Under the pieces are notes generated by a model, which was not told the DNA's origin, did not search any database, and saw nothing but the letters and a program-made list of their open reading frames with translations. Below, piece after piece: positions 1 through 10,245 of a DNA stretch of 64,000 nt. This stretch comes from Trueperaceae bacterium (lineage in GTDB: Bacteria > Deinococcota > Deinococci > Deinococcales > Trueperaceae): positions 17,851 to 81,850 of the forward strand of contig JBBDRK010000072.1 of the NCBI GenBank assembly GCA_040905465.1, written 5' to 3'. The position numbers and the translations under genes were made by a program. Within the stretch, counting starts at the first letter, position 1. The number at the start of each line of letters is the position of its first letter.

Positions 1-194
1 GCAGCGACTTCTCGACACTGTGGAACGACATCCTTACGAACGACGATCCCGCGGACCAGAGCGATGTCGCCGACCAGAACGCGATCAGCGGCACGGTCTT
101 TCTCTATGTCGAAGCGGCCGCCCCGACACCGGCCGACACCTCGATCACGGTTAGCCTCGACACTTCCAACGGGACGATCAACTTCGCCAACTAG
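1..194 (+). CDS. 3' end of a gene truncated by the window edge; hypothetical protein
   Basis: Frame 3 is open from position 3 (SDFSTLWNDILTNDD...NGTINFAN) to TAG at 192-194, with GC3-rich codons. Confidence 0.6.
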   Translation, partial: SDFSTLWNDILTNDDPADQSDVADQNAISGTVFLYVEAAAPTPADTSITVSLDTSNGTINFAN

Positions 195-272
195 GCACGG
201 TTGAGACAGGGCTTGGAGCCCGTGCTACGGGGTGGATCGGTGGAGCAAACCGGTTCGCCCCTCGCCTTTTGA

Positions 273-1127
273 CTAAGCCGGCTCGACGTGCATGTAGAGC
301 CCGTACGTGCCGGGACCGACGTGCGACGCCACGACCGCGCCGATTTCGTACACTTCCCCGCCGTGGTAATCGATACCGGCTCCATCGATGGCGCCGCGCA
401 CCTGCTCCGCCGCGGCCGGATCCTGAACGTGCAGGAAGTTCAGCACGAGCGTGCCCGGAAAGCGCTGGTGATGCTTCTGCACCTGCGAAACGAGCTCCGC
501 CAGCGCCTTCTTGTTCCCCCTGGCCCGGCCCAGCGGAATGATCTTGCCGTTCTCGAGCGACAGGATCGGCTTGATGTTCAGCAGGCTGCCCAGCAGAGCA
601 GAAGCCCTGCCGATTCGCCCGCCTTTCTGCAGGAAGTCGAGCGTGGCGACCGTGAACATCGGAAGGTTACTGTCGCGAATCCCTTCCAGTGCGCTCACGA
701 TATCCTCCGCTCCGGCGCCGGAGTCGCGCAGGGCGGCTGCCTTCTTGACCATCTCGCCGAGGCCGATGCTGGCCGCCCGGCTGTCGAACAGAGTGACAGG
801 GACGCCGGCCGAGTCCTTGGCGATATTGGCCGATTGATAGGTCCCGGAAAGCTCTGCACTGATGGTAATACAAACGATCGCTTCTGCGCCCGCGCTGACC
901 GCTTTCTCGAAGGCCGCCTCGAAGTCCTGGGGACTCGGTTGACTGGTGGTCGGCAGATCGGCACCGGCCTGAACTCCTTCGATGATCTCCTTGGGACTTA
1001 TCTCGAGCCAGTCACGGTAGGTCTCACCGCGAAAGCTTACGTAGAGCGGCACCCGCTGGACGTCGAGTCGTTGCAGTTCGTCCGCGGTAAGGTCACAGGT
1101 GGAGTCAGTAATGATGGCAAGTTTCAT
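273..1127 (-). CDS. DegV family fatty-acid-binding protein
   Basis: MKLAIITDSTCDL, TSQPS, ISAELSGTYQSA, KGGRIG and SHVGPG motifs; AGGAG SD before ATG at 1127. Confidence 0.93.
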   Translation of the reverse strand: MKLAIITDSTCDLTADELQRLDVQRVPLYVSFRGETYRDWLEISPKEIIEGVQAGADLPTTSQPSPQDFEAAFEKAVSAGAEAIVCITISAELSGTYQSANIAKDSAGVPVTLFDSRAASIGLGEMVKKAAALRDSGAGAEDIVSALEGIRDSNLPMFTVATLDFLQKGGRIGRASALLGSLLNIKPILSLENGKIIPLGRARGNKKALAELVSQVQKHHQRFPGTLVLNFLHVQDPAAAEQVRGAIDGAGIDYHGGEVYEIGAVVASHVGPGTYGLYMHVEPA

Positions 1128-1252
1128 GTTTCTCCTTCCGTTCCCCCGTCGCCGGCGGCGAGCGGAGCGGCAATGACGCTGCGTGATATCCGTATGAGTA
1201 TACGGGACGGACGCACCTGCCAATCTTGCGCCCGGTTTCGAAAGGATTGAAG

Positions 1253-2020
1253 ATGTTCGACATCTGGGGGCTGTTGCAGCCCAGCAGTCTGTTGCTGCTA
1301 GCAGCATTGGCCGCTATCCTCGCGCTCATGGCGAGTCGGCCGCGCCTTGGCGGTATGTTCTGCGCGCTCGCATTGCTGTTGATTGCGGTGCCCACGGTTT
1401 TCGATGTCGCCGGCCGGCTGGCATGGGAGTTGGAACGCCGGGTTGCAGCGCCGACGGCGTTGCCGGAGCAGGTGGACGGCATCCTTGTGCTGGGTGGTGC
1501 GGTCGAGTGGCAGGTCAGCCGCGAACGCAAGCAACTGAACGTGAATCAGGCCGGAGAGAGGGTCATCGCCGCCGCGTCGTTGGCGCGCCGCTATCCGGAG
1601 GCACGCCTGGCGTTTACCGGCGTCTACCGGGAAGACGTTGCCAACGAGTTCGTCGCGGTGCCTACCGATGCCAGCCTGATCTTCGGCAGCGAGTATCGCG
1701 GCCGATCGATTGAGTTCATAGGCACCGTCCGCAGCACGTATGAAGACGCGCTCCAGGCGCTCGACAGGCTCTCTCCCAACGCCGGCGAGACCTGGTTGCT
1801 GGTCACCAGCGCGATGCATATGCCGAGAGCCCTGGCGGTTTTCCGCACCCTCGGCTGGCGCCTCGTCCCGTATCCGGTCGACTACCGGACCTCCGGGGTA
1901 CCGGGCTGGCTGAACCCGAATCCGCTACCCGGTGCGAGTCTCGCGAGATTCGACGAAGCGGTTCGCGAGTGGGGCGCGGTGCTGGTATACATCCAGAGCG
2001 GCAGGATCAGTTGGCCTTGA
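1253..2020 (+). CDS. YdcF/ElyC (DUF218) family membrane protein
   Basis: N-terminal TM segments, ILVLGG, STYEDA, LLVTSAMHMPRA and PYPVDY motifs; AAAGGA before ATG 1253. Confidence 0.88.
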   Translation: MFDIWGLLQPSSLLLLAALAAILALMASRPRLGGMFCALALLLIAVPTVFDVAGRLAWELERRVAAPTALPEQVDGILVLGGAVEWQVSRERKQLNVNQAGERVIAAASLARRYPEARLAFTGVYREDVANEFVAVPTDASLIFGSEYRGRSIEFIGTVRSTYEDALQALDRLSPNAGETWLLVTSAMHMPRALAVFRTLGWRLVPYPVDYRTSGVPGWLNPNPLPGASLARFDEAVREWGAVLVYIQSGRISWP

Positions 2021-2118
2021 GGAGCCGTAGCGTCAGGGCGCGTGCGGTCCCTGTGTCCTCACGGCCCGACCGCCACAGAGAACCTGGCCGGCTCACCAAA
2101 TCCGTCGAGCCGAATCCG

Positions 2119-3138
2119 TCAACCGTGAACCGGCTCGGACGTCCGCGTTTCTGAGAGTAGTTCACCTATCTGCACCGCGTTCAACGCAGCTCCCTTGCGG
2201 ATCTGATCGCCGGCAACGAACAGTACCAGGGCCCCGGGACGGCTGGCGTCATCTCGCAGGCGCCCCACCAATACATCGTCCTGGCCACTGGCCGTGGCCG
2301 GCATCGGGAACAGGTTGGCGCTGCGGTCGTCCACCAGTCGCACACCCGGTGCCCTGGCCAGGACCTCACCGGCTTCGCCAACCGAGACGGGCCGGGCGAA
2401 CTCGGCGTGAATCGCCTCGCTGTGGGCCCGGAACACCGGAACGCGGACACACGTTGCGCTGAGGGCCAGTTCCGGCTCGCCCAGGATCTTCCGCGATTCC
2501 AGCAGGAGCTTGCGCTCCTCGACGTTGTAACCGTCCTCACCCACCTCGCTGTCGTGACTGAACAGGTTGAAGGCGATGGCGTGCTGGAACTTCGCCGGTT
2601 CGTAAGGCTTTCCGTCGAGCGCCGCGCGGGTCTGGCTTTCGAGCTCGTCGATGCCGGCCGCGCCCGCCCCCGAGACAGCCTGGTAGGTAGCCACGGTGGC
2701 GCGGACCAGGCCGAACGCCCGGTGTAGCGGCGCCAGTGCCATCAGTGCGATGATCGTCGAGCAGTTCGGGTTGGCGATGATGCCGTCATGAGCGAGCGCG
2801 GCGTCGCCGTTGATCTCGGGTATCACCAGAGGAACCCGCGGATCCATGCGCCAGGCGCTGGTGTTGTCCACCACCACCGCTCCGTGGGCGGCCCAGTTCC
2901 AGGCGTGCCGTTTGGAGAGTTCGCCGCCGGCCGACGAGAAAACCACGTCAGACGCCAGGTCGCCGTGGGCCGGCAACTCCTCGACGCTCAGGTCCTCCCC
3001 GCGGAAGCGGACTGTGCGGCCGGCCGAGCGCGCGGAAGCGAACAGGCGGAGCGACGTCAACGGGAACCGCCTGGCCTCGAGAAGGCGCAAGAACTCCTGT
3101 CCCACCGCTCCGGTTGCTCCGACTATGGCTGTCCGCAT
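2119..3138 (-). CDS. asd: aspartate-semialdehyde dehydrogenase
   Basis: GATGAVG, IIANPNCST (catalytic Cys), TYQAVSGAG, CVRVPVFRAHS and DQIRKGAALNAVQI. Confidence 0.96.
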   Translation of the reverse strand: MRTAIVGATGAVGQEFLRLLEARRFPLTSLRLFASARSAGRTVRFRGEDLSVEELPAHGDLASDVVFSSAGGELSKRHAWNWAAHGAVVVDNTSAWRMDPRVPLVIPEINGDAALAHDGIIANPNCSTIIALMALAPLHRAFGLVRATVATYQAVSGAGAAGIDELESQTRAALDGKPYEPAKFQHAIAFNLFSHDSEVGEDGYNVEERKLLLESRKILGEPELALSATCVRVPVFRAHSEAIHAEFARPVSVGEAGEVLARAPGVRLVDDRSANLFPMPATASGQDDVLVGRLRDDASRPGALVLFVAGDQIRKGAALNAVQIGELLSETRTSEPVHG

Positions 3139-3406
3139 CCGCTACCTCGCTTCCCGTACCCGCCTCGCGACCGCTCGGCGCCAACGTGCACCGCTCGCTG
3201 CGGCCCCGTCCGGTACGTCGGTTTGGGAGTTTAGCACGCTCCCGCGTCCCGGCCGACGCCTGCAAAACACGCATCTGCCCCGAGCCGCGTCGATGAACTC
3301 GCCGGTCACCGGTCGTGACCGGCGACCAACGCGCCGTCGCGGGATGCAACTGGCAGCGTGGCGCGGGCGCGACCGGCGCCCCTGCGCTCCCGGATAGCCC
3401 TTTGGC

Positions 3407-3434
3407 TTGACAGCAGCGCTACCGCCGGTAGCAT
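3407..3434 (+). promoter_or_regulatory. sigma-A-type promoter for proB, probably leaderless
   Basis: TTGACA (3407-3412), 16-nt spacer, TAGCAT (3429-3434), then ATG at 3442 seven nt later. Confidence 0.6.
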
Positions 3435-3441
3435 GTACTCC

Positions 3442-4713
3442 ATGCCTGCCTCGCGCAAGAGCGCCAAGCCCTCGTCCAAGGGCACCTCCCACGCAACGCC
3501 GCCCCGGGCGACCACGAGTGCGGCCGGGAGTGGGTCGCCAGATGCCGCAGACGACGGGGCTGCCGACCAGGAGAGTGTCGGGCTCGCAGCGCTGGCTCGG
3601 CCGGAACCAGCCCGGCTGCCGGCCGGCCGGCAGTGGCGCAGAATCGTGGTCAAGGTGGGCACCAGTTCGCTCACCGACGACTCCGGGCGGATCTCGCTAC
3701 CGAAACTATGGGCCTTGGGGCGCGGCTTGCAGGTGCTGGCGTCGGCCCGTGGCTGCAAGCCCGTAGTGGTCTCCTCGGGCGCCGGCGCGGCTGGCCGGGA
3801 ACGACTCGGCTTGCGCCTGCCGCTCACGCTGCCCGAGAAGCAGGCCGCAGCCGCGGTGGGCCAGGCCCTGCTGATGCTCGACTGGGCACGAGCCCTGGCA
3901 CCCATGCCGGTTGCCCAGATGCTGCTCACTGCCGCCGACATCCAGGACCGCGAGCGCTACGTGAACGCCAAGCACGCCCTCGAGGCCTCGCTCAAGCTCG
4001 GCGCCGTGCCGATCGTGAACGAGAACGACAGTGTTGCTACCGCCGAGATAATGGTCGGAGACAACGACACGCTCTCCGCCTGGACCGCCTACCTGGTGGG
4101 TGCGGACGCCCTGGTGATACTGACCGATGTCGACGGACTATACGACGGCGATCCCCGACGTAACCCGCGAGCAAGGAGAATCGACGTGGTCGAGGACGTC
4201 GAGGCCGTGGCCGAGGTCGCCGGTCGCCAGGGCAGCGAACGCGGAACCGGAGGGATGGTCACCAAGTTGCGGGCCGCCGCGATAGCTACTCGCGCCGGCA
4301 TCGAGACCCTGGTGATCGGTGGTGGCGGTGAAGGGCTCGAGTCGCTGGCCCGCGGCGAGGTGAGGGGCACGAGGTTCCTGGCCGGAGCCCAGGCTCCGGC
4401 GCGCAAGGCGTGGCTGGCGCAGCAACCAGAGCGGGGCGCGGTGGAGGTCGACGACGGTGCGGCCCGGGCGCTGCGCGGCGGGCGTAGCCTGCTGCCCTCG
4501 GGAGTCACCGCGGTGTCGGGTACCTTCGGGTTCGGCGACGCCGTGTCGATCAGGCGGAATGGAACCGTCATCGGTCGGGGACTGTCGAACTACGACTCCC
4601 AGGCGGTCGCCCGTATCCGCGGCCGGCAGACCGGTGAGATCGCCGAGGTATTGGGTCACAAGGACTTCGACGAGATAATCCACCGCGACAACCTGGTTCT
4701 CTCCGAACGTTGA
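3442..4713 (+). CDS. proB: glutamate 5-kinase with PUA domain and an N-terminal low-complexity extension
   Basis: VVKVGTSSLT, AAAAVGQ, PIVNENDSV, GDNDTLSA, GTGGMVTK and C-terminal EIIHRDNLV; start taken from the promoter spacing. Confidence 0.93.
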   Translation: MPASRKSAKPSSKGTSHATPPRATTSAAGSGSPDAADDGAADQESVGLAALARPEPARLPAGRQWRRIVVKVGTSSLTDDSGRISLPKLWALGRGLQVLASARGCKPVVVSSGAGAAGRERLGLRLPLTLPEKQAAAAVGQALLMLDWARALAPMPVAQMLLTAADIQDRERYVNAKHALEASLKLGAVPIVNENDSVATAEIMVGDNDTLSAWTAYLVGADALVILTDVDGLYDGDPRRNPRARRIDVVEDVEAVAEVAGRQGSERGTGGMVTKLRAAAIATRAGIETLVIGGGGEGLESLARGEVRGTRFLAGAQAPARKAWLAQQPERGAVEVDDGAARALRGGRSLLPSGVTAVSGTFGFGDAVSIRRNGTVIGRGLSNYDSQAVARIRGRQTGEIAEVLGHKDFDEIIHRDNLVLSER

Positions 4714-4817
4714 GGCGAGGACTGGCCGCTCGGAGTGGGCAGCAGCGGCCGCGCCGACGCCGGGGCGGATGGTAGCATCGGTGCCAAACGGCGCCGACAG
4801 GCGCCCTGGAGCTGAGT

Positions 4818-5441
4818 ATGTCGTTACGAACGCAACTGGCTTACCTGGCGGCGGGCTTGACCCTTGTCCTCGGATTGCTGGGACTCCTCAACCCCATACT
4901 CACCCTCAGGCTCACCGGCCTGGAGGTCATCGAGCCGCGTGGACTGGGCCAGGCCCGCGCCCTGTTCGGAGCCCTGTTCCTGACCATGGGCGGGTACATG
5001 CTGTGGGCACTGTCGGTCCGGCCCCGCGGACGCGCCGTCTTGCGCTTCACGGCGTTCCTGTGGCTGGCCAGCGCGCTCGGCCGCCTGGTCTCGCTCCTCC
5101 TCGACGGGCCGCTCTCACTGGGCAGCATCCTGCTGCTGGTTTTCGACCTGGCGGTCGGCACCGGCGCCTTCCTCGGCAGTACCGAGACCGGCGGGACTTC
5201 GGCACGGAGCGCGAAACCTGGTGGTCACGAGCCCACGAGCTCCAACGCCAACGGCGGCCGGGACCGGCGTAACGGCACCGGGCGCGGTGCATCCGGGGGT
5301 GGTTGGTCGGGCCGAGATAGTTCGGAACGTGGTGGGTCCGGGCGCGCCGGTTCCGAGGTCGATGACCAAGGACGCGACGTGGACGGGCGAGTTGGGCCCG
5401 ACGATGACGTCAACCCCCTGAGGGCCTACCGGCCGGGATGA
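4818..5441 (+). CDS. membrane protein (DUF4345-like) with Gly-rich C-terminal tail
   Basis: Four hydrophobic segments, ARALFGALFL and ALGRLVSLLLDG; GGAG SD upstream. Confidence 0.7.
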   Translation: MSLRTQLAYLAAGLTLVLGLLGLLNPILTLRLTGLEVIEPRGLGQARALFGALFLTMGGYMLWALSVRPRGRAVLRFTAFLWLASALGRLVSLLLDGPLSLGSILLLVFDLAVGTGAFLGSTETGGTSARSAKPGGHEPTSSNANGGRDRRNGTGRGASGGGWSGRDSSERGGSGRAGSEVDDQGRDVDGRVGPDDDVNPLRAYRPG

Positions 5442-5523
5442 GCGCTCCGGGACCGACTGCCGCCGCGATAGCCCCCGCGCTTGCCGACACGCTGAGCCGC
5501 TCGAGCTGCCGCGGGGCGGCCCG

Positions 5524-6798
5524 GTGACTTCACTACCCGACGGCACTCGTTTCGTCCTGCCTGAGCACGCCTCGGTGCGCATGCGGCTGCTCGACCGGCT
5601 GCGCGACCTCTACCGGGCCTGGGGCTACCTTCCGGCCGAGGTACCGGCGCTGGAGAGCTACGACCCGTCGCACCCCCGAGCCGCCCAGTCTTTCAAGCTC
5701 TCCGACCGCGATAGCGGAGTACTGGCACTTCGCAGCGACTTCACCCCGGCCCTGGCCCGGCTGATCCGGACCCACTATCCACAGGCCGCACAGGGCGAGA
5801 AGGCGGTCCGGCTTCAGTACAGAGGCACTGTCTGGCACGCGATCGATCCGGATCTCGCCAGGACCCGCGAGTTCACCCAGTTGGGGCTGGAACTGGTGGG
5901 GGTTTCGAACGCCCGGGCCGACGCAGAGCTGATCCACCTGGCCCGCGAGTCGGTGCGGGCCGTCGGGCTGGTACCCCGCGTCGAGGTCGGCGCTCCCGGA
6001 TTCGTGCGAACGCTGCTCGACCTTGCCGACGTGGCCGATGCGTCGCGTGACGCGGTGGCGGACGCAATCGACCGGAAGGATCAGGCGACCCTCCATGCGC
6101 TTCTCGACGCCCTGGCGCCGCCCGCCGAGTTGCGACGTGCGTTGCAGAACACCCCGGATCTCTACGGCGACCTGAGCGTGCTGGAATCAGCACGCAAGCT
6201 GGCGCCTTGGCCGGAGACCGTCCGGGAGCTCGACCGTCTGGCAGAGATAGTTGCCGAGTTCGAGGATCCGAGCGAACTGCTGCTCGACCTGGGAATGGCG
6301 CGCCGGCTCGCCTACTACACCGGGATGACCTTCCGCGCCTACACCTTCGACTTCGGGCAGCCCCTGCTCGGCGGAGGGCGTTACGACGGTGCTCTGTTGC
6401 CGTACGCCGCCGGCTTCTCGATCGGCCTGGAGCGGCTGGCGAGTGCGTTACCGGATCAGGGTCCGGAAGATGGAGCCGTGGTGCTGAGCATGGACGATGC
6501 CGGAGCGCGCAAGCTCAGGTCGGCCGGGGTGTGCGTAGTGCGAGCGCTGAGCAGCGACCGCGAGGCGGCTCTCGTGGAGGCACGGGAGCTTGGCGCCGGC
6601 TACCTGCTGGCTGGCGGGCTCGAGCCGCTCGACGACGACCGCTCGGATCTGGAGACGCTCGAGCGGATCCTGGACGGCAGCAGCCTGGCAGGCAGCGCCC
6701 TGCAAGACAGCCCCCGCGAAGACAGCACCACGGAAGGCAGCACCCCGGGAGGCAGCATTCTGCAAGGCGGCAGCATGGAAGACAGCGATGACGACTGA
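5524..6798 (+). CDS. hisZ: ATP phosphoribosyltransferase regulatory subunit
   Basis: [29 protein letters not shown] and GGGRYD (HisRS-like); overlaps a short-form hisG. Confidence 0.92.
   Translation: MTSLPDGTRFVLPEHASVRMRLLDRLRDLYRAWGYLPAEVPALESYDPSHPRAAQSFKLSDRDSGVLALRSDFTPALARLIRTHYPQAAQGEKAVRLQYRGTVWHAIDPDLARTREFTQLGLELVGVSNARADAELIHLARESVRAVGLVPRVEVGAPGFVRTLLDLADVADASRDAVADAIDRKDQATLHALLDALAPPAELRRALQNTPDLYGDLSVLESARKLAPWPETVRELDRLAEIVAEFEDPSELLLDLGMARRLAYYTGMTFRAYTFDFGQPLLGGGRYDGALLPYAAGFSIGLERLASALPDQGPEDGAVVLSMDDAGARKLRSAGVCVVRALSSDREAALVEARELGAGYLLAGGLEPLDDDRSDLETLERILDGSSLAGSALQDSPREDSTTEGSTPGGSILQGGSMEDSDDD
6676..6795 (+). repeat. 8 x 15-bp degenerate tandem repeat (GRCAGC...) in the hisZ 3' end
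   Basis: Units ggcagcagcctggca, ggcagcgccctgcaa, gacagcccccgcgaa, gacagcaccacggaa, ggcagcaccccggga, ggcagcattctgcaa, ggcggcagcatggaa, gacagcgatgacgac. Confidence 0.8.
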
Positions 6799-7429
6799 AC
6801 CCCAGCGGGCCCCCGACCTTACCCTGGCGCTGCCCAAAGGACGTGTGCTGCAGCAGAGCCTGGCCGCCTTGGGGCAGGCGGGGCTGCACATCGAACTCTC
6901 GGCCGACGAGCGAAGCCTGCGACACGAAAGCGATGACGCCTTCGTCATCGAGATGCGCAACGCCGACGTGCCCGTCTACGTGGAGCTCGGTGTGGCCGAC
7001 GCGGGAATAGTGGGCAAGGACGTGCTCCTCGAATCGGGCAGCAGCCTCTACGAACCGGTCGACCTCGGCTTTGCCGCCTGCCGGTTGTCGCTGATCCGGC
7101 CGACGGGTGAGGGTGGAACGATACGACGGGTAGCTTCGAAGTATCCGCGCATTACCGGCTCCTACCTACGGCGGCTGGGCAGTAGTGCCGAGGTGGTTCG
7201 GCTCGCCGGCAACGTCGAGCTCGCCTGCCTCACCGGTTTGGCCGATGCGGTGGTGGATGTAGTCGAGACGGGAGCGACGCTGCGCGCCAACGGCTTGCAG
7301 GAGGTGGACGTGATCCTGCGCTCGAGCGCGCGATTCGTGGTCAACCGGGCGGCACTGAAGCTCAAGGGGGAGTTGCTGCGGCCGCTGATCGAAGGGCTGC
7401 GGAGGGCCGCCGACGGAAGCCGGGCGTGA
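6788..7429 (+). CDS. hisG: ATP phosphoribosyltransferase, short form
   Basis: [38 protein letters not shown] and [14 protein letters not shown]. Confidence 0.95.
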   Translation: MTTEPQRAPDLTLALPKGRVLQQSLAALGQAGLHIELSADERSLRHESDDAFVIEMRNADVPVYVELGVADAGIVGKDVLLESGSSLYEPVDLGFAACRLSLIRPTGEGGTIRRVASKYPRITGSYLRRLGSSAEVVRLAGNVELACLTGLADAVVDVVETGATLRANGLQEVDVILRSSARFVVNRAALKLKGELLRPLIEGLRRAADGSRA

Positions 7430-8898
7430 GCATGGCCCTGCGCGCGCTCCTGCTGGTCACCCTGGCGCTCCTCCTCGGCGCGGCGTTCGGGCAGCCCGAA
7501 CCGGAACTCTTCGACACCGATTGGCTCGACCGACGAACCTACGCCGTTGACGTAAGAGACGACCTGGTCGATCTGGCTTTGCGACTGGATCGGGCGCCGG
7601 TGTACCACCTCGCCTGGAGTCTCACCGTCGGCAACGAACTGCACGCGCGGCAAGAGGTTCGGGTGGTGAACGGCTCGCAAGTTCCCTGGCGCGAGCTCCA
7701 CTTTCATCTGCTTCCAAACCTGCTGGGTGGTCGCATGACTGTAGGGCGACTGCTGTTGAACGGGGCGGAAGCAGCCGCCGACCTCGACGAGTCGAACCGG
7801 CTGCTCACGATCGGCCTGCCCGAGGAGCTTCGGCCGGGCGCCGCCGCCGTAGTGTCGCTCGAGTACCACCTGGAAATTCCGCGGGCCGGAGGCCGCAACT
7901 ACGGCATACTCGGCTACCGCGACGGCGCCCTGTCGCTGGCCCACGCCTACGCACTGCTGGCCGTTCATGGCGCCGATGGCTGGGACCTGGACCGGCCACC
8001 ACGCTACGGTGACCTGGTACACGCGGAGAGTGCATTCTTCCGCGTCGCCGTGGACGCGCCGGCTTCCCTGGACATCGCTACCGGCGGACGACTGCTCGAG
8101 CGACGGGTGGAGGGTTCTCGTCAGTACCTGCAGGTAGTGGCGGGCCCTGTGCGAGACTTCTATCTGGCCGCTGGCGAGTCGCTGGAGACGATCGAGCAGC
8201 GTGTCGGCGAGGTGCTCGTTCGCGGGCACTCTCCAGCGGGCTCCGAGGCCGCAACCCGGGCGGCAGTGGAGCATGCCGCGCAGGCGCTCGAGATCTTCGA
8301 GCGCCGCTTCGGCCCCTACCCCTACCGCGAGCTCGATGTCGTAGTGATCTCCACCAGCGCCCTGGGCGTCGAGTTCCCGGGCATCATCGCCCTGCGCCGT
8401 GAGCTGCTTTCACCCGCCGAAGGCGAGCGCTGGCTGGAGAGCACGGTCGTCCACGAGGTAGCTCATCAATGGTTCTACTCGCTGGTAGGCAACGACCAGG
8501 TCAGCGAACCTTGGCTCGACGAGTCGCTCACCCAGTACCTGACGCTGCGCTACTTCCTCGAAAGTCACGGCGCAACCGGCTATAAGCGTTTTCGCGAGGG
8601 TCTGATGTCGCGTTGGGCCGAGGTCGATCGCCGGACGGTGCCGATCGGCTCTCCCGTGTCCGACTACGGATTGAGTGAGTACGGCGCCGTCGTCTACGGT
8701 CTGGGGCCGCTGGTGGTGGAATGGCTGGCGGGGATGATGGAGCGGCCGGTCTTCGACGCCTTCCTGCGCGACTACGCCCACCGCTTCGCCTTCGAGCTGG
8801 TTGAGACGGACGACTTCCAGAGCCTGGCTGAGCACCATTGCGAGTGCGAGCTGGACGACTTTTTCCGTGACTGGATCAGGCCGCCTGCCGTAGATTGA
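7426..8898 (+). CDS. secreted M1-family zinc metallopeptidase
   Basis: Signal peptide, GVEFPG exopeptidase-like motif, HEVAHQWF...WLDE; GTGA overlap with the hisG stop. Confidence 0.88.
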   Translation: MSMALRALLLVTLALLLGAAFGQPEPELFDTDWLDRRTYAVDVRDDLVDLALRLDRAPVYHLAWSLTVGNELHARQEVRVVNGSQVPWRELHFHLLPNLLGGRMTVGRLLLNGAEAAADLDESNRLLTIGLPEELRPGAAAVVSLEYHLEIPRAGGRNYGILGYRDGALSLAHAYALLAVHGADGWDLDRPPRYGDLVHAESAFFRVAVDAPASLDIATGGRLLERRVEGSRQYLQVVAGPVRDFYLAAGESLETIEQRVGEVLVRGHSPAGSEAATRAAVEHAAQALEIFERRFGPYPYRELDVVVISTSALGVEFPGIIALRRELLSPAEGERWLESTVVHEVAHQWFYSLVGNDQVSEPWLDESLTQYLTLRYFLESHGATGYKRFREGLMSRWAEVDRRTVPIGSPVSDYGLSEYGAVVYGLGPLVVEWLAGMMERPVFDAFLRDYAHRFAFELVETDDFQSLAEHHCECELDDFFRDWIRPPAVD

Positions 8899-8913
8899 AG
8901 GAGACTGCACGTC

Positions 8914-9387
8914 TCAATGTTCGATGTCCGGTGGACCGGGCGGCTCGGCCTGCCAGTAGCGTATCGGTTCGACCGGGTCTCCGGCGAGTCGACGGAGAGT
9001 CGCCAACTGACCGACGTGTGTCATCAGGTCGGTCAGCGGTCCGTGCCAGACCTGCGCCAGCGAAGCCATCCTCCGTCCCGGTCGGAGCCGGTCACCTGTT
9101 TCCGTGACCCGGTAGAACGTCCAGACGGCGTCGATGAACCGCTCCCTCTCTTCCTGCCACGCCAGCGGTTGCAGCACCCCGCCCGCCTTCTCCTCGAACT
9201 GATCGTGCGCCAACAGGACGAGCCCGGTCATGTGCCGCACTATTTCGCGAGGCACCCGAACGCCGTTGCCGGCGTCGATGTCACCGAACTCTGCGGACGT
9301 GCCGTCGGTGACGTGTCGGAACCGGAACGCCAGACCCGCCAGGTAACAGCGCAGGATGTCGCCGGCCGATTCCGGATCTCCGCTCAC
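8914..9387 (-). CDS. DinB-like helical-bundle protein
   Basis: GTG at 9387 overlaps the MscS stop; EIVRHM and THVGQLATLRRLAG are DinB-like His motifs. Confidence 0.65.
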   Translation of the reverse strand: MSGDPESAGDILRCYLAGLAFRFRHVTDGTSAEFGDIDAGNGVRVPREIVRHMTGLVLLAHDQFEEKAGGVLQPLAWQEERERFIDAVWTFYRVTETGDRLRPGRRMASLAQVWHGPLTDLMTHVGQLATLRRLAGDPVEPIRYWQAEPPGPPDIEH

Positions 9388-10244
9388 TTCCCAGCCTCTT
9401 CGACCAGCCTCACGGGGAGTGGCTCGGTGACGGAGCCGGTGTAGATCGTGCGGTGCGGAAAGGGGATCTCGATGCCGTTGGCGTCGAAGGCGTCCTTGAT
9501 CTGGTGCTGCATCCCGTTGCGCAGCTCGAGGAAGTTCTCGCTCTTCGCCCACACGCTGAACTGGTAATCGACGGACGACTCACCGAACCCCTGGGCTATA
9601 AGCAATGGAGCCGGCTCCTCGAGCGACAGCGGGTTGCGATCGGCAACCTCGAACAGCACCCGTTGGACCTGCTCGAGGTCCTGCTTGTAGGCAACGCCGA
9701 TCTGCAGGTCCACCCGGCGAATCGGAAAACGGTTGAGGTTGGTGATCTGCGTCTTCACCATGGTCTCGTTGGGGATGCGAACCAGCAGGTTGTCGAATGT
9801 CCTGACCTTGGTAGAGAGCAGATCCACGGACAACACCTCGCCGGTGACACCCTCGACCCGGATGACGTCTCCCACGGCAACGGCGTTCTCGAGGGTCAGG
9901 AACAGGCCGGAGATGAGGTTGGAGGCGGAGGTCTGCGAGGCGAACCCGATGGCCACGGTTACGATGCCGGCAGCGCCAATCAGAACTCCCAGGTTGAAGC
10001 CCAACTGACGCAGAGCCGACACGACGAACAGAGTCAGAATGGTGTATGTCAATGCGCGCTCGAGCATCACCCGCTGTTGGGCGGACAGGGTGCGCGCGAA
10101 CCCGCGGCGTACCGTGAAGCGGGCCGCCCGGGCGAGCAGGATCCCGCCCAGTACCAGCAGCACGGCACGCAGCCAGACGCCTAGCGCTTCGGATGCCACT
10201 AGCGCGAGCGTCCAGGCCTGGAGGTTCAACCACAGCTCCTGCAC
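9384..10244 (-). CDS. small-conductance mechanosensitive channel (MscS family)
   Basis: GFASQTSASNLISG, VGDVIRV, GEV...IPNE, RRVDLQIGVAY and GIEIPFP; GTG 10244 follows the upstream stop. Confidence 0.92.
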   Translation of the reverse strand: MQELWLNLQAWTLALVASEALGVWLRAVLLVLGGILLARAARFTVRRGFARTLSAQQRVMLERALTYTILTLFVVSALRQLGFNLGVLIGAAGIVTVAIGFASQTSASNLISGLFLTLENAVAVGDVIRVEGVTGEVLSVDLLSTKVRTFDNLLVRIPNETMVKTQITNLNRFPIRRVDLQIGVAYKQDLEQVQRVLFEVADRNPLSLEEPAPLLIAQGFGESSVDYQFSVWAKSENFLELRNGMQHQIKDAFDANGIEIPFPHRTIYTGSVTEPLPVRLVEEAGK

Positions 10245-10245
10245 C

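Noticed and set aside
3140-3400. Possible lysine riboswitch upstream of asd
   Set aside because: No matching conserved motifs, and the predicted leader is only about 80 nt.
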